Virus record (IMG/VR): IMGVR_UViG_2534681766_000005
Strand: one strand, 5' to 3'
From: a virus
Taxonomy: Duplodnaviria > Heunggongvirae > Uroviricota > Caudoviricetes
DNA: 36,518 bases
A model generated the notes under the pieces. It had not been told where the DNA came from, searched no databases, and saw nothing but the letters and a program-made list of their open reading frames with translations. Made by a program: the position numbers and the translations under genes. Shown piece after piece: positions 25,361-36,518 of the stretch (within the stretch, counting starts at the first letter, position 1; every line of letters begins with the position of its first letter).

Positions 25361-26211
25361 CCAGACTCATCACAAGACAAGTCACGCAGTAAATCTTCAA
25401 TCTGGATAGTGAGGATATCCATTGCCTCATACGCATCCTGTGCAATTCGCGCCGCCATTGCGCCTTCCGGTTCACCACGCAGAATTTCAGCCGCTGCCTG
25501 TACGCCAGCCACAATCATTTCAGGTGTTAACATTTGGCGAAGAAAAGCGCGATTATCAGAGGACCAGCCATCTTTATGGCCTAATGGATGCCCCCAGCCT
25601 ATCCATTCTTGCGACCATAACGGATTGGCTTCTATGGGATAAATTAGATGCGCGGCATACTGAATAGCACACACCGCTTTTCCTGGCGTATCCAGCGCCC
25701 ACCAGCGCGACCAGAGAGAACGAATTAACGGCGCGGCCCCACCCAGAGTATTGAACACCGCCAGCCAGCAAAGAACGTTATTGAAACCACGCTCGTTATC
25801 CATACGCTGCAACGCGGTGTCCAGTAAAAATTGCCGTACCTGCTGGCGTTGGGAAGCATTCATCATCTCCTGCCAGAGATAGGGCCGACACAATGCCTTC
25901 ATTAAGGATTCTTCGAAGTGATCACCATAACCGCCAGCTAAAACGGTTTCATGCCATTGCGCCAGGCAGAGCGGAAACAGATAGCGAAACAACTCTATTT
26001 GCATCGGTTCGTTATAAACGAGATTGAGTACATAGTAAGCACTCAAATCCCATTCGCTGATCTGCTGCCACTCTTTAGCCGCCAGCGCCTTGAGTTCGGC
26101 ATCTGCGTAATCAAATTCCGTTTCCCATACACAGAGCACTGGCGGCTCATCACCAAAAATATGGCGACAGTGTTCACGTAGCGTTTCCGGTTCCTTCCGA
26201 CGCTTTTTCAT
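25345..26211 (-). CDS. hypothetical protein, 288 aa, Trp-rich, no recognised domain
   Basis: Long ORF with ATG at 26209-26211, 2 nt after the gltS stop (26214-26216) on the same strand; 3' end overlaps recG stop by 16 bp; no TM segments evident. Confidence 0.55.
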   Translation of the reverse strand: MKKRRKEPETLREHCRHIFGDEPPVLCVWETEFDYADAELKALAAKEWQQISEWDLSAYYVLNLVYNEPMQIELFRYLFPLCLAQWHETVLAGGYGDHFEESLMKALCRPYLWQEMMNASQRQQVRQFLLDTALQRMDNERGFNNVLCWLAVFNTLGGAAPLIRSLWSRWWALDTPGKAVCAIQYAAHLIYPIEANPLWSQEWIGWGHPLGHKDGWSSDNRAFLRQMLTPEMIVAGVQAAAEILRGEPEGAMAARIAQDAYEAMDILTIQIEDLLRDLSCDESGHALE

Positions 26212-26213
26212 TT

Positions 26214-27419
26214 TTAACCGGCAAAAATCGGCAACATTAAATACAGCTTAATCACCAGCGCATTGACGATATCGATAAAGAACGCACCGACCATCGGCAC
26301 CACCAAAAACGCCATGTGCGACGGGCCAAAGCGTTCAGTGATCGCCTGCATGTTGGCGATTGCCGTTGGCGTTGCACCGAGGCCAAAACCACAGTGACCC
26401 GCAGCCAGCACTGCCGCATCGTAGTTTTTGCCCATCATGCGCCAGGTAACGAAGATGGCATACAACGCCATGAAGATGGTCTGTACCACCAGAATCGCCA
26501 GCATCGGCAGCGCCAGCGAAGCCAGCTCCCACAGTTTCAGCCCCATCAGCGCCATCGCCAGGAACAACGACAGGCTTACGTTACCCAGCACGGATACCGC
26601 ACGCTCAAAGACGCGGTAAAAGCCCATCATTGACAGACCGTTGCTCAGAATCACGCCAACAAACAGGACACAGACGAAGGTCGGCAGTTCAAAAGCAGTG
26701 CCAGCCAAAAGTTGCGCAACAATTTTCCCCACCGTCAGGCAGATAGCAATCAGCGCGATAGTTTCAATCAGCACCAGCGAGGTGATCATGCGGCCCACAT
26801 CCGGCTTTTCAAACGCCGTCGGGACTTCCTGGTCATCCGGAATACCGTTCGGCGTGGTGGAGTGTTTCACCAGATAGCGCGCCACCGGACCGCCAATCAA
26901 GCCGCCCAGCACCAGACCGAACGTTGCACAGGCCATCGCCACTTCCGTCGCATTGGTGAAGCCATAACGTTCAATGAACAATTTACTCCACGCAGCGCCC
27001 GTACCGTGACCGCCGGAAAGCGTAATAGAACCGGCCAACAGCCCCATCAGCGGATCAAGCCCTAACAGGCTAGCCATACCAATGCCAATGGCATTTTGCA
27101 TCACCAACAGACCAACAACCACAATCAAGAAGATGCCAACCACACGCCCACCGGCACGCAAACTGGCAATGTTGGCGTTCAGGCCAATGGTGGCGAAGAA
27201 AGCCAGCATTAACGGATCGCGCAGGGACATATCAAAGTTGACTTCCCAGCCCATGCTTTTTTTCAGTACTAGTAGCGCCAGCGCCACCAACAAACCACCC
27301 GCAACAGGTTCCGGTATGGTGTATTTCTTCAAAAAGGAGACGGAATGGACCAACTTACGCCCGAGCAGCAACGTCAGCGTTGCGGCAACAAGCGTTGCTA
27401 AAGTATCGAGATGAAACAT
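26214..27419 (-). CDS. gltS: sodium/glutamate symporter GltS
   Basis: 401-aa polytopic membrane ORF MFHLDTLATLVAATLTLLLGRKLVHSVSFLKKYTIPEPVAGG... Confidence 0.95.
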   Translation of the reverse strand: MFHLDTLATLVAATLTLLLGRKLVHSVSFLKKYTIPEPVAGGLLVALALLVLKKSMGWEVNFDMSLRDPLMLAFFATIGLNANIASLRAGGRVVGIFLIVVVGLLVMQNAIGIGMASLLGLDPLMGLLAGSITLSGGHGTGAAWSKLFIERYGFTNATEVAMACATFGLVLGGLIGGPVARYLVKHSTTPNGIPDDQEVPTAFEKPDVGRMITSLVLIETIALIAICLTVGKIVAQLLAGTAFELPTFVCVLFVGVILSNGLSMMGFYRVFERAVSVLGNVSLSLFLAMALMGLKLWELASLALPMLAILVVQTIFMALYAIFVTWRMMGKNYDAAVLAAGHCGFGLGATPTAIANMQAITERFGPSHMAFLVVPMVGAFFIDIVNALVIKLYLMLPIFAG

Positions 27420-27698
27420 AGTTACTCCTTTGTATCCGCATCACTCTTTCATACTCGTCATACTTCATCGCGCAGTGGCAACTTCATGAACTATGACGGG
27501 TATCGAGTTATGCTTTCCTGGGTCAAATTCTCAGCTGTTAATGAACAAATGGCATGGATTTTAAGCAGAAAAATACCAAAAGTTATATAAAAAAGTGCAT
27601 TTATCTCATTTAAATATTTAGATGAGGATGTGGCAAACGTTTGCTTTTCTCTTTCGGTCAGCTAAAATGCCCGCTTTGCTACCACGGGATTGTTTTCG

Positions 27699-29090
27699 AT
27701 GTCTGTTTCCCCCCTCGAGTCAGAAAATGCGCAACCGGTTGCGCAGACTCAAAACAGCGAACTGATTTACCGTCTTGAAGATCGTCCGCCGCTTCCTCAA
27801 ACCCTGTTTGCCGCCTGTCAGCATCTGCTGGCGATGTTCGTTGCGGTGATCACGCCAGCGCTATTAATCTGCCAGGCGCTGGGTTTACCGGCACAAGACA
27901 CGCAACACATTATTAGTATGTCGCTGTTTGCCTCCGGTGTGGCATCGATTATTCAAATTAAGGCCTGGGGTCCGGTTGGCTCCGGGCTGTTGTCTATTCA
28001 GGGCACCAGCTTCAACTTTGTTGCCCCGCTGATTATGGGCGGTACCGCGCTGAAAACCGGTGGTGCTGATGTTCCTACCATGATGGCGGCTTTGTTCGGC
28101 ACGTTGATGCTGGCAAGTTGCACCGAGATGGTGCTCTCCCGCGTTCTGCATCTGGCGCGCCGCATTATTACGCCGCTGGTTTCTGGCGTTGTGGTGATGA
28201 TTATCGGCCTGTCGCTAATTCAGGTTGGGTTAACGTCCATTGGCGGCGGTTACGCAGCCATGAGCGATAACACCTTCGGCGCACCGAAAAATCTGCTGCT
28301 GGCAGGCGTGGTCTTAGCCTTAATTATCCTGCTTAACCGTCAACGTAACCCTTACTTACGCGTGGCCTCACTGGTGATTGCGATGGCGGCCGGATATGCG
28401 CTGGCGTGGTTTATGGGCATGTTGCCAGAAAGCAACGAACCGATGACGCAAGAACTGATTATGGTGCCAACGCCGCTCTATTACGGTCTTGGCATTGAAT
28501 GGAGTCTGCTGCTGCCGCTGATGCTGGTCTTTATGATCACTTCGCTGGAAACCATTGGCGATATCACGGCGACCTCTGACGTTTCCGAACAGCCAGTGTC
28601 CGGTCCGCTGTACATGAAACGCCTGAAAGGCGGCGTGCTGGCAAACGGCCTGAACTCGTTTGTTTCGGCGGTGTTTAACACCTTCCCGAACTCCTGCTTC
28701 GGGCAAAACAACGGAGTGATCCAGTTGACTGGTGTTGCCAGCCGCTATGTCGGTTTTGTCGTCGCGCTGATGTTGATCGTGCTGGGTCTGTTCCCGGCAG
28801 TGAGCGGTTTTGTACAACACATTCCAGAACCGGTTCTGGGCGGCGCAACGCTTGTAATGTTTGGCCCCATCGCCGCCTCCGGTGTGCGTATCGTTTCTCG
28901 TGAGCCGCTGAACCGTCGGGCGATTCTGATTATCGCGCTGTCGCTGGCGGTTGGTCTGGGCGTGTCTCAGCAGCCGCTGATTTTGCAGTTTGCCCCTGAA
29001 TGGCTGAAAAACCTGCTCTCCTCCGGGATCGCCGCGGGCGGTATTACTGCCATCGTGCTGAATCTGATTTTCCCACCAGAAAAACAGTAA
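27699..29090 (+). CDS. xanP: xanthine permease (NCS2 family)
   Basis: [53 protein letters not shown]... 463 aa from this start; multi-TM nucleobase:cation symporter-2 type. Confidence 0.9.
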   Translation: MSVSPLESENAQPVAQTQNSELIYRLEDRPPLPQTLFAACQHLLAMFVAVITPALLICQALGLPAQDTQHIISMSLFASGVASIIQIKAWGPVGSGLLSIQGTSFNFVAPLIMGGTALKTGGADVPTMMAALFGTLMLASCTEMVLSRVLHLARRIITPLVSGVVVMIIGLSLIQVGLTSIGGGYAAMSDNTFGAPKNLLLAGVVLALIILLNRQRNPYLRVASLVIAMAAGYALAWFMGMLPESNEPMTQELIMVPTPLYYGLGIEWSLLLPLMLVFMITSLETIGDITATSDVSEQPVSGPLYMKRLKGGVLANGLNSFVSAVFNTFPNSCFGQNNGVIQLTGVASRYVGFVVALMLIVLGLFPAVSGFVQHIPEPVLGGATLVMFGPIAASGVRIVSREPLNRRAILIIALSLAVGLGVSQQPLILQFAPEWLKNLLSSGIAAGGITAIVLNLIFPPEKQ

Positions 29091-29210
29091 TTCACTGGCG
29101 GCGGTAAGATAATTACCGCCGCAGTCTCACCTCTTTCCCCATTCCCGCCTTGAGGATTGCGCGTAAATCGTGCATAACTCCCTTATGTGCATTTCACGGG
29201 ATGGAAGACC

Positions 29211-30920
29211 ATGAAATTTATTGGGAAGCTGCTTCTCTACATTCTCATCGCTCTGTTAGTGGTGATCGCTGGCCTCTATTTTCTTCTGCAAACCCGCTGG
29301 GGAGCAGAACATATCAGCGCATGGGTTTCCGAGAATAGCGACTATCATCTGGCCTTCGGGGCGATGGATCACCGTTTTTCCGCGCCATCTCATATCGTGC
29401 TGGAGAACGTCACGTTTGGTCGTGATGGTCAGCCCGCGACCCTGGTGGCAAAAAGTGTCGACATTGCGCTAAGCAGTCGGCAACTGACCGAACCACGCCA
29501 TGTCGATACCATCCTGCTGGAAAACGGGACGCTGAATCTCACCGACCAGACCGCGCCGCTACCGTTCAAAGCCGATCGTCTGCAACTGCATGATATGGCG
29601 TTTAATAGCCCGAATAGCGAATGGAAACTGAGCGCGCAGCGGGTAAATGGCGGCGTGGTTCCGTGGTCACCAGAAGCCGGTAAAGTGCTGGGTACGAAGG
29701 CGCAGATTCAGTTTAGTGCCGGATCGCTTTCGCTCAATGATGTTCCTGCCACCAATGTACTGATTGAAGGCAGTATTGATAATGATCGCGTTACGCTGAC
29801 TAACCTGGGTGCCGACATCGCCCGCGGGACATTAACCGGAAACGCGCAGCGTAACGCCGACGGCAGCTGGCAAGTGGAAAACCTGCGCATGGCGGATATA
29901 CGTCTACAAAGCGAAAAATCGCTAACCGACTTCTTTGCGCCATTACGCTCTGTCCCGTCGTTGCAGATTGGTCGCCTGGAAGTGATCGATGCTCGTTTGC
30001 AAGGTCCGGACTGGGCGGTGACCGACCTCGATCTCAGCTTGCGCAACATGACCTTCAGTAAAGATGACTGGCAGACACAGGAAGGCAAACTGTCGATGAA
30101 CGCTAGCGAGTTCATTTATGGTTCGCTGCATTTATTTGACCCGATTATAAACGCGGAATTTTCCCCGCAGGGCGTAGCGCTGCGCCAGTTCACCAGCCGC
30201 TGGGAAGGGGGTATGGTCAGAACGTCAGGGAACTGGCTGCGTGACGGGAAAACGTTGATCCTTGATGATGCGGCAATTGCCGGGCTGGAATATACCTTGC
30301 CGAAAAACTGGCAACAGTTGTGGATGGAAACGACACCCGGTTGGTTAAACAGCCTGCAACTGAAGAGATTTAGCGCCAGCCGCAATCTGATCATTGATAT
30401 CGACCCTGACTTCCCGTGGCAGCTCACCGCGCTCGATGGTTACGGTGCCAACCTGACGCTGGTTACCGATCATAAATGGGGCGTCTGGAGTGGCTCGGCG
30501 AATCTGAATGCCGCCGCCGCGACATTCAATCGTGTTGATGTTCGTCGCCCGTCGCTGGCGCTGACCGCCAACAGCAGCACGGTGAATATCAGCGAACTGA
30601 GTGCATTTACTGAAAAAGGCATTCTGGAAGCCACCGCCAGCGTATCCCAAACGCCACAACGTCAGACCCATATCAGTCTGAACGGACGCGGTGTTCCGGT
30701 GAATATTCTGCAACAGTGGGGATGGCCTGAGTTACCCATAACTGGCGATGGCAATATTCAACTGGTTGCCAGCGGTGCGATTCAGGCCAATGCCACGCTG
30801 AAACCTACCGTTAACGGGCAACTCCACGCCGTAAATGCTGAAAAGCAGCAAGTGACTCAAACCATGAATGCGGGCGTCGTTTCCAGTAGCGAAGTTACAT
30901 CGACAGAGCCGGTGCAGTAA
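29211..30920 (+). CDS. yicH: AsmA-family protein YicH
   Basis: From ATG 29211: MKFIGKLLLYILIALLVVIAGLYFLLQTRWGAEHISAWV... N-terminal TM anchor, 569 aa. Confidence 0.88.
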   Translation: MKFIGKLLLYILIALLVVIAGLYFLLQTRWGAEHISAWVSENSDYHLAFGAMDHRFSAPSHIVLENVTFGRDGQPATLVAKSVDIALSSRQLTEPRHVDTILLENGTLNLTDQTAPLPFKADRLQLHDMAFNSPNSEWKLSAQRVNGGVVPWSPEAGKVLGTKAQIQFSAGSLSLNDVPATNVLIEGSIDNDRVTLTNLGADIARGTLTGNAQRNADGSWQVENLRMADIRLQSEKSLTDFFAPLRSVPSLQIGRLEVIDARLQGPDWAVTDLDLSLRNMTFSKDDWQTQEGKLSMNASEFIYGSLHLFDPIINAEFSPQGVALRQFTSRWEGGMVRTSGNWLRDGKTLILDDAAIAGLEYTLPKNWQQLWMETTPGWLNSLQLKRFSASRNLIIDIDPDFPWQLTALDGYGANLTLVTDHKWGVWSGSANLNAAAATFNRVDVRRPSLALTANSSTVNISELSAFTEKGILEATASVSQTPQRQTHISLNGRGVPVNILQQWGWPELPITGDGNIQLVASGAIQANATLKPTVNGQLHAVNAEKQQVTQTMNAGVVSSSEVTSTEPVQ

Positions 30921-30971
30921 ACATCAATCTCGCCGGGTACGACTCAGACGTACCCGGCATTCTTCAATAGA

Positions 30972-33290
30972 TTACAACGTAATTGTCAGCGCATTCCCTT
31001 GAGGCGTCACCACCAGCCCCTGCTCACTTTCAGCCTGCGAACCGCCTTGCAGACCATTTACTTTCACAACATTGCGCAGGCACAGTGTCCAGTTCTTCGC
31101 CTCGCCCGCACCAGTCACAGTAATCGTGTTGCCAGTACGTGCTGCTTTTAGAGTAAAGATCACCGAACCGTCAGCAGCGGGCACTTCACAGACGGCTTCA
31201 TGCCCGTCTTGCAGATTAAAGAGGTGGAATGCCGTGCCTTCGTGCCACGCGTAATCGGGACGTTGATCGTTGTTGCCCAGCGCCAGTAGGGTGTTATCAC
31301 GCACATAAATGGGCAGACTCAGGAAGCTGTGCTGCTGTTTATGCCAGCGACTACCGTCGAGCTCATCGTTGTGCCACAGGTGTGTCCAGCGACCTTCTGG
31401 CAGGTAGAACTGCACATCGCCCGCTTCAGTGAACACCGGAGCAACCATCACGTTGTCGCCTAACATGTATTGACGGTCAAGGTAATCACAAGCCGGATCG
31501 TCCGGGAACTCCATCATCATGGCCCGCATCATCGGCGTACCCCGCGCGTTTGCACGCGCAGCTTCACGATACAGATACGGCATCATGCGGCATTTCAGTT
31601 GCGTGAAGAAGCGCACCACATCACAGGACTCATCATCATAGGCCCACGGCACACGATAAGATTTACTGCCATGTAAACGGCTATGGCTGGAGAGCAAACC
31701 AAACGCGCACCAGCGTTTGTAAACGTGTGCCGGAGCGGTATTTTCAAAGCCGCCGATATCGTGGCTCCAGAAGCCAAAACCTGAAAGGCCAATAGACAAA
31801 CCACCGCGCAGGCTTTCCGCCATTGATTCGTAGTTAGCGTAACAATCGCCACCCCAGTGTACCGGGAATTTCTGCGCACCGACGGAGGCCGAGCGGGCAA
31901 ACAAGACAGCTTCTTCCTCACCAACGGTGTCCTTGAGCACGTTCCACACCAGTTCGTTGTAGATGTACGCATAATGGTTATGCATTTTCTGCGGATCGGA
32001 ACCGTCAAACCACTGAACATCAGTTGGGATACGTTCGCCAAAGTCGGTCTTAAAGCAATCAACGCCCATCGCGACCAGACCTTTCAGTTTGTCGGCGTAC
32101 CATTTGCAAGCATCCGGATTGGTAAAGTCATAAATCGCCAGACCTGGCTGCCATTTATCCCACTGCCATAGCGAACCGTCCGGGCGTTTGAGTAAATAGC
32201 CTTTCTCTTGTAACTCTTTAAAGACGGGGGATTTTTGACCGATATAGGGGTTAATCCAGACGCAGATTTTCAGCCCTTTCGCTTTCAGGCGGCGGATCAT
32301 CCCTTCCGGGTCAGGGAAAGTCAGCGGGTCCCACTCAAAATCGCACCACTGGAAGGCTTTCATCCAGAAACAGTCAAAGTGGAAAACATGCAGCGGCAGA
32401 TTGCGTTCCGCCATACCATCGATAAAGCTGTTTACCGTCGCTTCGTCGTAGTTGGTGGTAAATGAAGTGGTTAGCCACAGGCCGAAGGACCACGCGGGCG
32501 GCAGCGCCGGACGACCAGTAAAGCGGGTATAACGATCAAGTACCGCTTTCGACGTCGGGCCGTCGATAACAAAGTATTCGAGATATTCACTCTCAACGCT
32601 GAACTGCACTTTGGAGACTTTCTCCGATCCCACTTCAAAAGAGACACACTGGGGATGATTGACCAGTACCCCATAACCACGGTTAGTCATGTAGAACGGG
32701 ATATTTTTATACGCCTGTTCAGTACTTGTGCCGCCGTCCCGGTTCCAGGTCTCTACCGTCTGGCCATTGCGCACCAGGGCAGTAAAGCGCTCTCCCAGAC
32801 CGTAAACTGTTTCGCCAACGCCAAGATCAAGCCGCTCAAACATATAATTGCGTTGATTATTCGTGTCCTGCACGTAGCCATTATTTTTCACCTGACTACC
32901 GGTAATACGTTCGCCGTTGCGCAGAAAATCCAGTGACCAGAACTCATCTTTGCTGACACGCGCGCTTAAGTTGCCACTTTTAAACTCAGCATAACGTTCT
33001 GTGTTTTCGATTGTGACCTTCACGTCCTGCAAAATATTGAGCGGATAATGAGGACCGTTATTCAGCGCCCCCTGAAAATGCTCAATCCGCACACCGACAA
33101 TACCTTCCTGTGGGGAGAAAAAGCGCAGCGTAAATAAAGGCGTATCAAGCTGCCAGGTACGTTCACGCACATCACGGGGGGCAGCATAGACCCCCATTTC
33201 ATTACCCTGCTGTTCAACCTCGAATACCTGAAGCGGGTGAATCAAATTGAGGCCAGGTTGAATCAACCAGTTTCCATCGCTAATTTTCAT
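30972..33290 (-). CDS. yicI: alpha-xylosidase YicI (glycoside hydrolase family 31)
   Basis: 772-aa [53 protein letters not shown]... with GH31-type catalytic region (WINPY, KTDFGE). Confidence 0.93.
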   Translation of the reverse strand: MKISDGNWLIQPGLNLIHPLQVFEVEQQGNEMGVYAAPRDVRERTWQLDTPLFTLRFFSPQEGIVGVRIEHFQGALNNGPHYPLNILQDVKVTIENTERYAEFKSGNLSARVSKDEFWSLDFLRNGERITGSQVKNNGYVQDTNNQRNYMFERLDLGVGETVYGLGERFTALVRNGQTVETWNRDGGTSTEQAYKNIPFYMTNRGYGVLVNHPQCVSFEVGSEKVSKVQFSVESEYLEYFVIDGPTSKAVLDRYTRFTGRPALPPAWSFGLWLTTSFTTNYDEATVNSFIDGMAERNLPLHVFHFDCFWMKAFQWCDFEWDPLTFPDPEGMIRRLKAKGLKICVWINPYIGQKSPVFKELQEKGYLLKRPDGSLWQWDKWQPGLAIYDFTNPDACKWYADKLKGLVAMGVDCFKTDFGERIPTDVQWFDGSDPQKMHNHYAYIYNELVWNVLKDTVGEEEAVLFARSASVGAQKFPVHWGGDCYANYESMAESLRGGLSIGLSGFGFWSHDIGGFENTAPAHVYKRWCAFGLLSSHSRLHGSKSYRVPWAYDDESCDVVRFFTQLKCRMMPYLYREAARANARGTPMMRAMMMEFPDDPACDYLDRQYMLGDNVMVAPVFTEAGDVQFYLPEGRWTHLWHNDELDGSRWHKQQHSFLSLPIYVRDNTLLALGNNDQRPDYAWHEGTAFHLFNLQDGHEAVCEVPAADGSVIFTLKAARTGNTITVTGAGEAKNWTLCLRNVVKVNGLQGGSQAESEQGLVVTPQGNALTITL

Positions 33291-33299
33291 TGCCGTTCC

Positions 33300-34682
33300 T
33301 TAGTTCTGCACTTCTTGAGAGGTGAATTGTTGCTGGCAACGGCGTTTACCCTGAGCCAGCTGTTCCATAACGGTTTTCAGATTGTGCGTCGTGAGTGAGT
33401 AGTAGCGTTTAGCGATAATCGCGCTCAGCAAATAACAGATCGCCGGAACAATCGTGAATAGCGCAATAATGATGCTAATCGTGGCGCTGTTCTGCGCTTT
33501 TTCTGCCGCATCATATCCGCCATAAGCCAGCATCCAGCCGATAAGAGCGCCGCCGAAGGCCAACCCCAGTTTGAGCACAAACAGCGTGCCAGCAAAACTG
33601 ATCCCGGTCAGGCGTTTACCATTGCACCACTCGCCGTAGTCGACGGTATCGGACATCATTACCCACTGGATAGGTGTCACCAGTTGATGCAACACACCAA
33701 TCACGAAGATGAAGACAAACATAGTGATGCTGGCCTGCATGGGAACAAAGAACATCGCGAGGCTAATCACTGCCAGCAGGGCGTTCGTCCACCAGAAGAT
33801 AGTGACTTTACATTTCCAGTCGGTCAGAGGTTTTGCCAGTGCGGAACCAATCAGGTTACCCACGCAATAAGTGGTGAGAAAAGCGACAAACACTTCCGGC
33901 GTGCCCAAAATCCATGTGACGTAATACATCATCGCCCCACCGCGTACGCACACCGCCAGGATATTGAAAATGGTTAGTAAACCGACAATCCGCCACTGGT
34001 CGTTTTGCCAGATATCACGTAAATCTTCCCGCATAGACGTTGTTGTAGGTGGTGCTTCAACGCGTTCTTTAGTGGTGAAGAAACAAAATGCCAGCATCAT
34101 GAATGCCACCACGGAAAGGACCGCGATACCGCCCTGGAAACCGAGTGGTTTATTATCACCGCCAATTAAATTAACCAGTGGCATCATCAGAACAGTAGAA
34201 AGCATGCCTCCCGCGGTCGCCAGCACAAAACGCCAGGATTGCAGCGAGATACGCTGAGTCGGGTCATTGGTGATTACACCACCCAATGCGCAGTAAGGGA
34301 TATTGACGACGGTATAAAGTAAGGTAAGTAGGGTGTAAGTAATTGCTGCATAGATCATTTTGCCGTTCATACTGAGATCTGGCGTGCTATAGGCCAGTAC
34401 ACAGACGATCCCGAATGGCAGTGCGCCAAACAGTACCCACGGACGAAATTTACCCCAGCGAGAGCGCGTTCGATCGGCCAACAACCCCATGCAAGGATCG
34501 GAAATCGCATCCAGTGCACGAGCGACCAAAAACATGGTTCCGACAAAACCGGCAGGAATGCCAAAAATATCGGTATAAAAGAACATCATATATAACATTA
34601 CGTTATCGAAAATAATGTGGCTGGCGGCGTCTCCCATGCCATAACCAATTTTCTCTTTAACGGACAACACTTCACTCTTCAT
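33300..34682 (-). CDS. yicJ: sugar:cation symporter YicJ (GPH family)
   Basis: From Met-20 of the ORF: MKSEVLSVKEKIGYGMGDAASHIIFDNVMLYMMFFYTDIFGIP... 460 aa, 12-TM MelB-like; forms an operon with yicI. Confidence 0.9.
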   Translation of the reverse strand: MKSEVLSVKEKIGYGMGDAASHIIFDNVMLYMMFFYTDIFGIPAGFVGTMFLVARALDAISDPCMGLLADRTRSRWGKFRPWVLFGALPFGIVCVLAYSTPDLSMNGKMIYAAITYTLLTLLYTVVNIPYCALGGVITNDPTQRISLQSWRFVLATAGGMLSTVLMMPLVNLIGGDNKPLGFQGGIAVLSVVAFMMLAFCFFTTKERVEAPPTTTSMREDLRDIWQNDQWRIVGLLTIFNILAVCVRGGAMMYYVTWILGTPEVFVAFLTTYCVGNLIGSALAKPLTDWKCKVTIFWWTNALLAVISLAMFFVPMQASITMFVFIFVIGVLHQLVTPIQWVMMSDTVDYGEWCNGKRLTGISFAGTLFVLKLGLAFGGALIGWMLAYGGYDAAEKAQNSATISIIIALFTIVPAICYLLSAIIAKRYYSLTTHNLKTVMEQLAQGKRRCQQQFTSQEVQN

Positions 34683-34974
34683 CTGCTTTTCCTTGATGCT
34701 ATAGGGGTGCTGAGACCGATAACGCATTTTGTAAACCATCCCTGTGAGAGCGAATATTCCGATATCTGGTTATTAATTTATGATTCTTGTTTTATGTGAT
34801 CGTGGTAGCGTTAATTCCGCTCATATATCATTGTAAAATATGGGTTTTATATGAACTATAATGCTTTCGTGATAATACGCTGCGTGTATTAGGCGGAAAA
34901 AACTGATCTGGGGGATGTAGAAACTCAAGGAAGTAGCTATAATGCGCCCCGCCTCCATGTAGCAATCGAGGCGC

Positions 34975-35069
34975 GGAAGATCGTCGTCTCCGGTGAGGCG
35001 GCTGGACTTCAAATCCAGTTGGGGCCGCCAGCGGTCCCGGGCAGGTTCGACTCCTGTGATCTTCCGCCA
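34975..35069 (+). tRNA. selC: tRNA-Sec (selenocysteine, UCA anticodon)
   Basis: 95-nt sequence GGAAGATCGTCGTCTCCGGTGAGGCGGCTGGACTTCAAATCCAGTTGGGGCCGCCAGCGGTCCCGGGCAGGTTCGACTCCTGTGATCTTCCGCCA, the canonical E. coli selC product with long variable arm. Confidence 0.97.
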
Positions 35070-35231
35070 AACTTCATCCAGCCAGTTCCGAGACGCTCCA
35101 TAAAACCCTTTATATTCAATATAATGAATAATCATCTTATCCGTAATAGTCCGAGATCGTTTTCCTGAATCCGTGAAAAATATGTATAGTAATGTGTATA
35201 GATTTTTCATACGTAGTTTTCAGTTATACAC

Positions 35232-36404
35232 ATGGCTCTAACCGATATACAGATCAAACGTGCAAAACCACAAGACAAGCCATACACATTGAACGATGGA
35301 CAAGGTCTGTCATTGCTTATCAATCCCGATGGCTCGAAAGGCTGGCGTTTCCGTTTCCGGTTTGCAGGGAAAGCGCGGTTAATGTCATTTGGCAGCTACG
35401 ACTTAGTAAGCCTCGCAGAAGCACGTGAGAAGCGTGATATCGCCCGTAAGCAGGTTGCTAATGGCATTGACCCGGTAGAGGAACGCAAAGCTTTAAGACT
35501 CGCCCAAAAGCTATCAACAGAAAATTCTTTCGAAGCAATATGTCGAGAATGGCATACCAACAAAGCAGACCGCTGGACTGTGGCCTATCGAGAAGAAATC
35601 ATTAAGACATTCGAGCAAGATGTCTTCCCGTTCATTGGTAAACGTCCTATCAGTGAAATCAAACCATTAGAACTGCTTGAAGTATTGCGACGAATAGAGA
35701 AACGAGGAGCACTAGAGAAGACCAGAAAAGTGCGCCAAAGATGCGGTGAGGTCTTTCGTTATGCAATCATAACTGGCCGAGCAGAATATAACCCAGCACC
35801 TGATTTAGCTATCGCTCTGGCCGTTCCTAAGCAAAAACACCACCCATTTTTATCAGCTGAAGAGTTACCTTATTTTATTCGGGATTTGGAAGCATATACC
35901 GGAAGCATCATCACGAAAAATGCGACGAAGATTATGATACTTACTGGTGTAAGGACTCAAGAGATACGCTTTGCAACATGGAGCGAGGTTGACCTTGAGA
36001 AAGGTATTTGGGAAATTCCTGCAGAACGGATGAAGATGCGTAGGCCTCATATTGTTCCTCTTTCTATTCAAGTAATAGAACTCTTTAAGCAGCTCAAGCC
36101 TATCACTGGCCATTACCCATTTATTTTCATTGGCAGGAATAATCGTAGCAAACCAATCTCAAAAGAAAGTGTTTCACAAGTAATTGAGTCGATTGGTTAC
36201 AAAGGACGCGCCACTGGTCATGGGTTCCGACATACCATGTCGACAATACTGCATGAGCAAGGATTTAACAGTGCCTGGATTGAAATGCAATTAGCGCATG
36301 TTGATAAAAATAGTATTCGTGGCACATATAACCATGCATTGTATTTGAAAGGTCGTAAGGAGATGCTATGTTGGTATGCCAACATTTTGTATCCCCTTGT
36401 ATAA
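35232..36404 (+). mobile_element. P4-type tyrosine integrase (390 aa) of a selC-associated genomic island
   Basis: ORF MALTDIQIKRAKPQDKPYTLNDGQGLSLLINPDGSKGWRFRFRFAGKARLMSFGSYDL... with C-terminal catalytic region (GHGFRHTMST..., RGTYNHA); ~160 bp 3' of tRNA-Sec; visibly AT-richer than flanking core genes. Confidence 0.9.
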
Positions 36405-36518
36405 ATTGATACAAGTGCGGTAGCGTTGGCTCCATCCAAAGAAATGGATATGTAATAACATAACAATATTGCACGGAATCTACTATGACTAATACAGTTG
36501 AAGCTATTTTATTTGATT

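Noticed and set aside
28368-28820. 150-aa minus-strand ORF inside xanP
   Set aside because: Antisense to a conserved permease gene; His/Gln/Arg-rich low-complexity translation.
34821-35210. Minus-strand ORFs of 129 and 80 aa spanning the yicJ-selC interval
   Set aside because: They run straight through the tRNA-Sec gene (34975-35069) on the opposite strand; the tRNA is an exact, well-known sequence, so these frames are artefacts.

Overview
This window reads as an Enterobacterial (Escherichia coli-type) chromosomal segment. It runs from the 3' part of the waa LPS-core cluster (waaY' - two GT8 outer-core glycosyltransferases - waaP - waaG - waaQ, divergent waaA-coaD) through mutM, rpmBG, yicR, coaBC(dfp), dut, slmA, pyrE, rph, yicC, dinD, yicG, ligB, gmk, rpoZ-spoT-trmH-recG, gltS, xanP, yicH, yicI and yicJ to tRNA-Sec (selC). 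Three things stand out against this conserved backbone. (1) A compact ~1.3 kb retron (msr-msd plus a 319-aa reverse transcriptase) sits between the convergent slmA and pyrE genes; it matches my recollection of Retron-Ec107 and carries no co-encoded effector. (2) A P4-type tyrosine integrase lies immediately 3' of selC, marking the start of a genomic island whose cargo is beyond the window. (3) An unrecognised 288-aa ORF is translationally coupled to gltS and overlaps the recG 3' end. Smaller observations are a split ligB reading frame, a non-K-12 outer-core gene order, an intact rph, a LexA box before dinD and an ops element in the waaQ leader. No CRISPR array, rRNA gene or transposase was seen. 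All calls rest on reading the sequence and ORF translations; gene identities come from recalled protein families, not from a database search.
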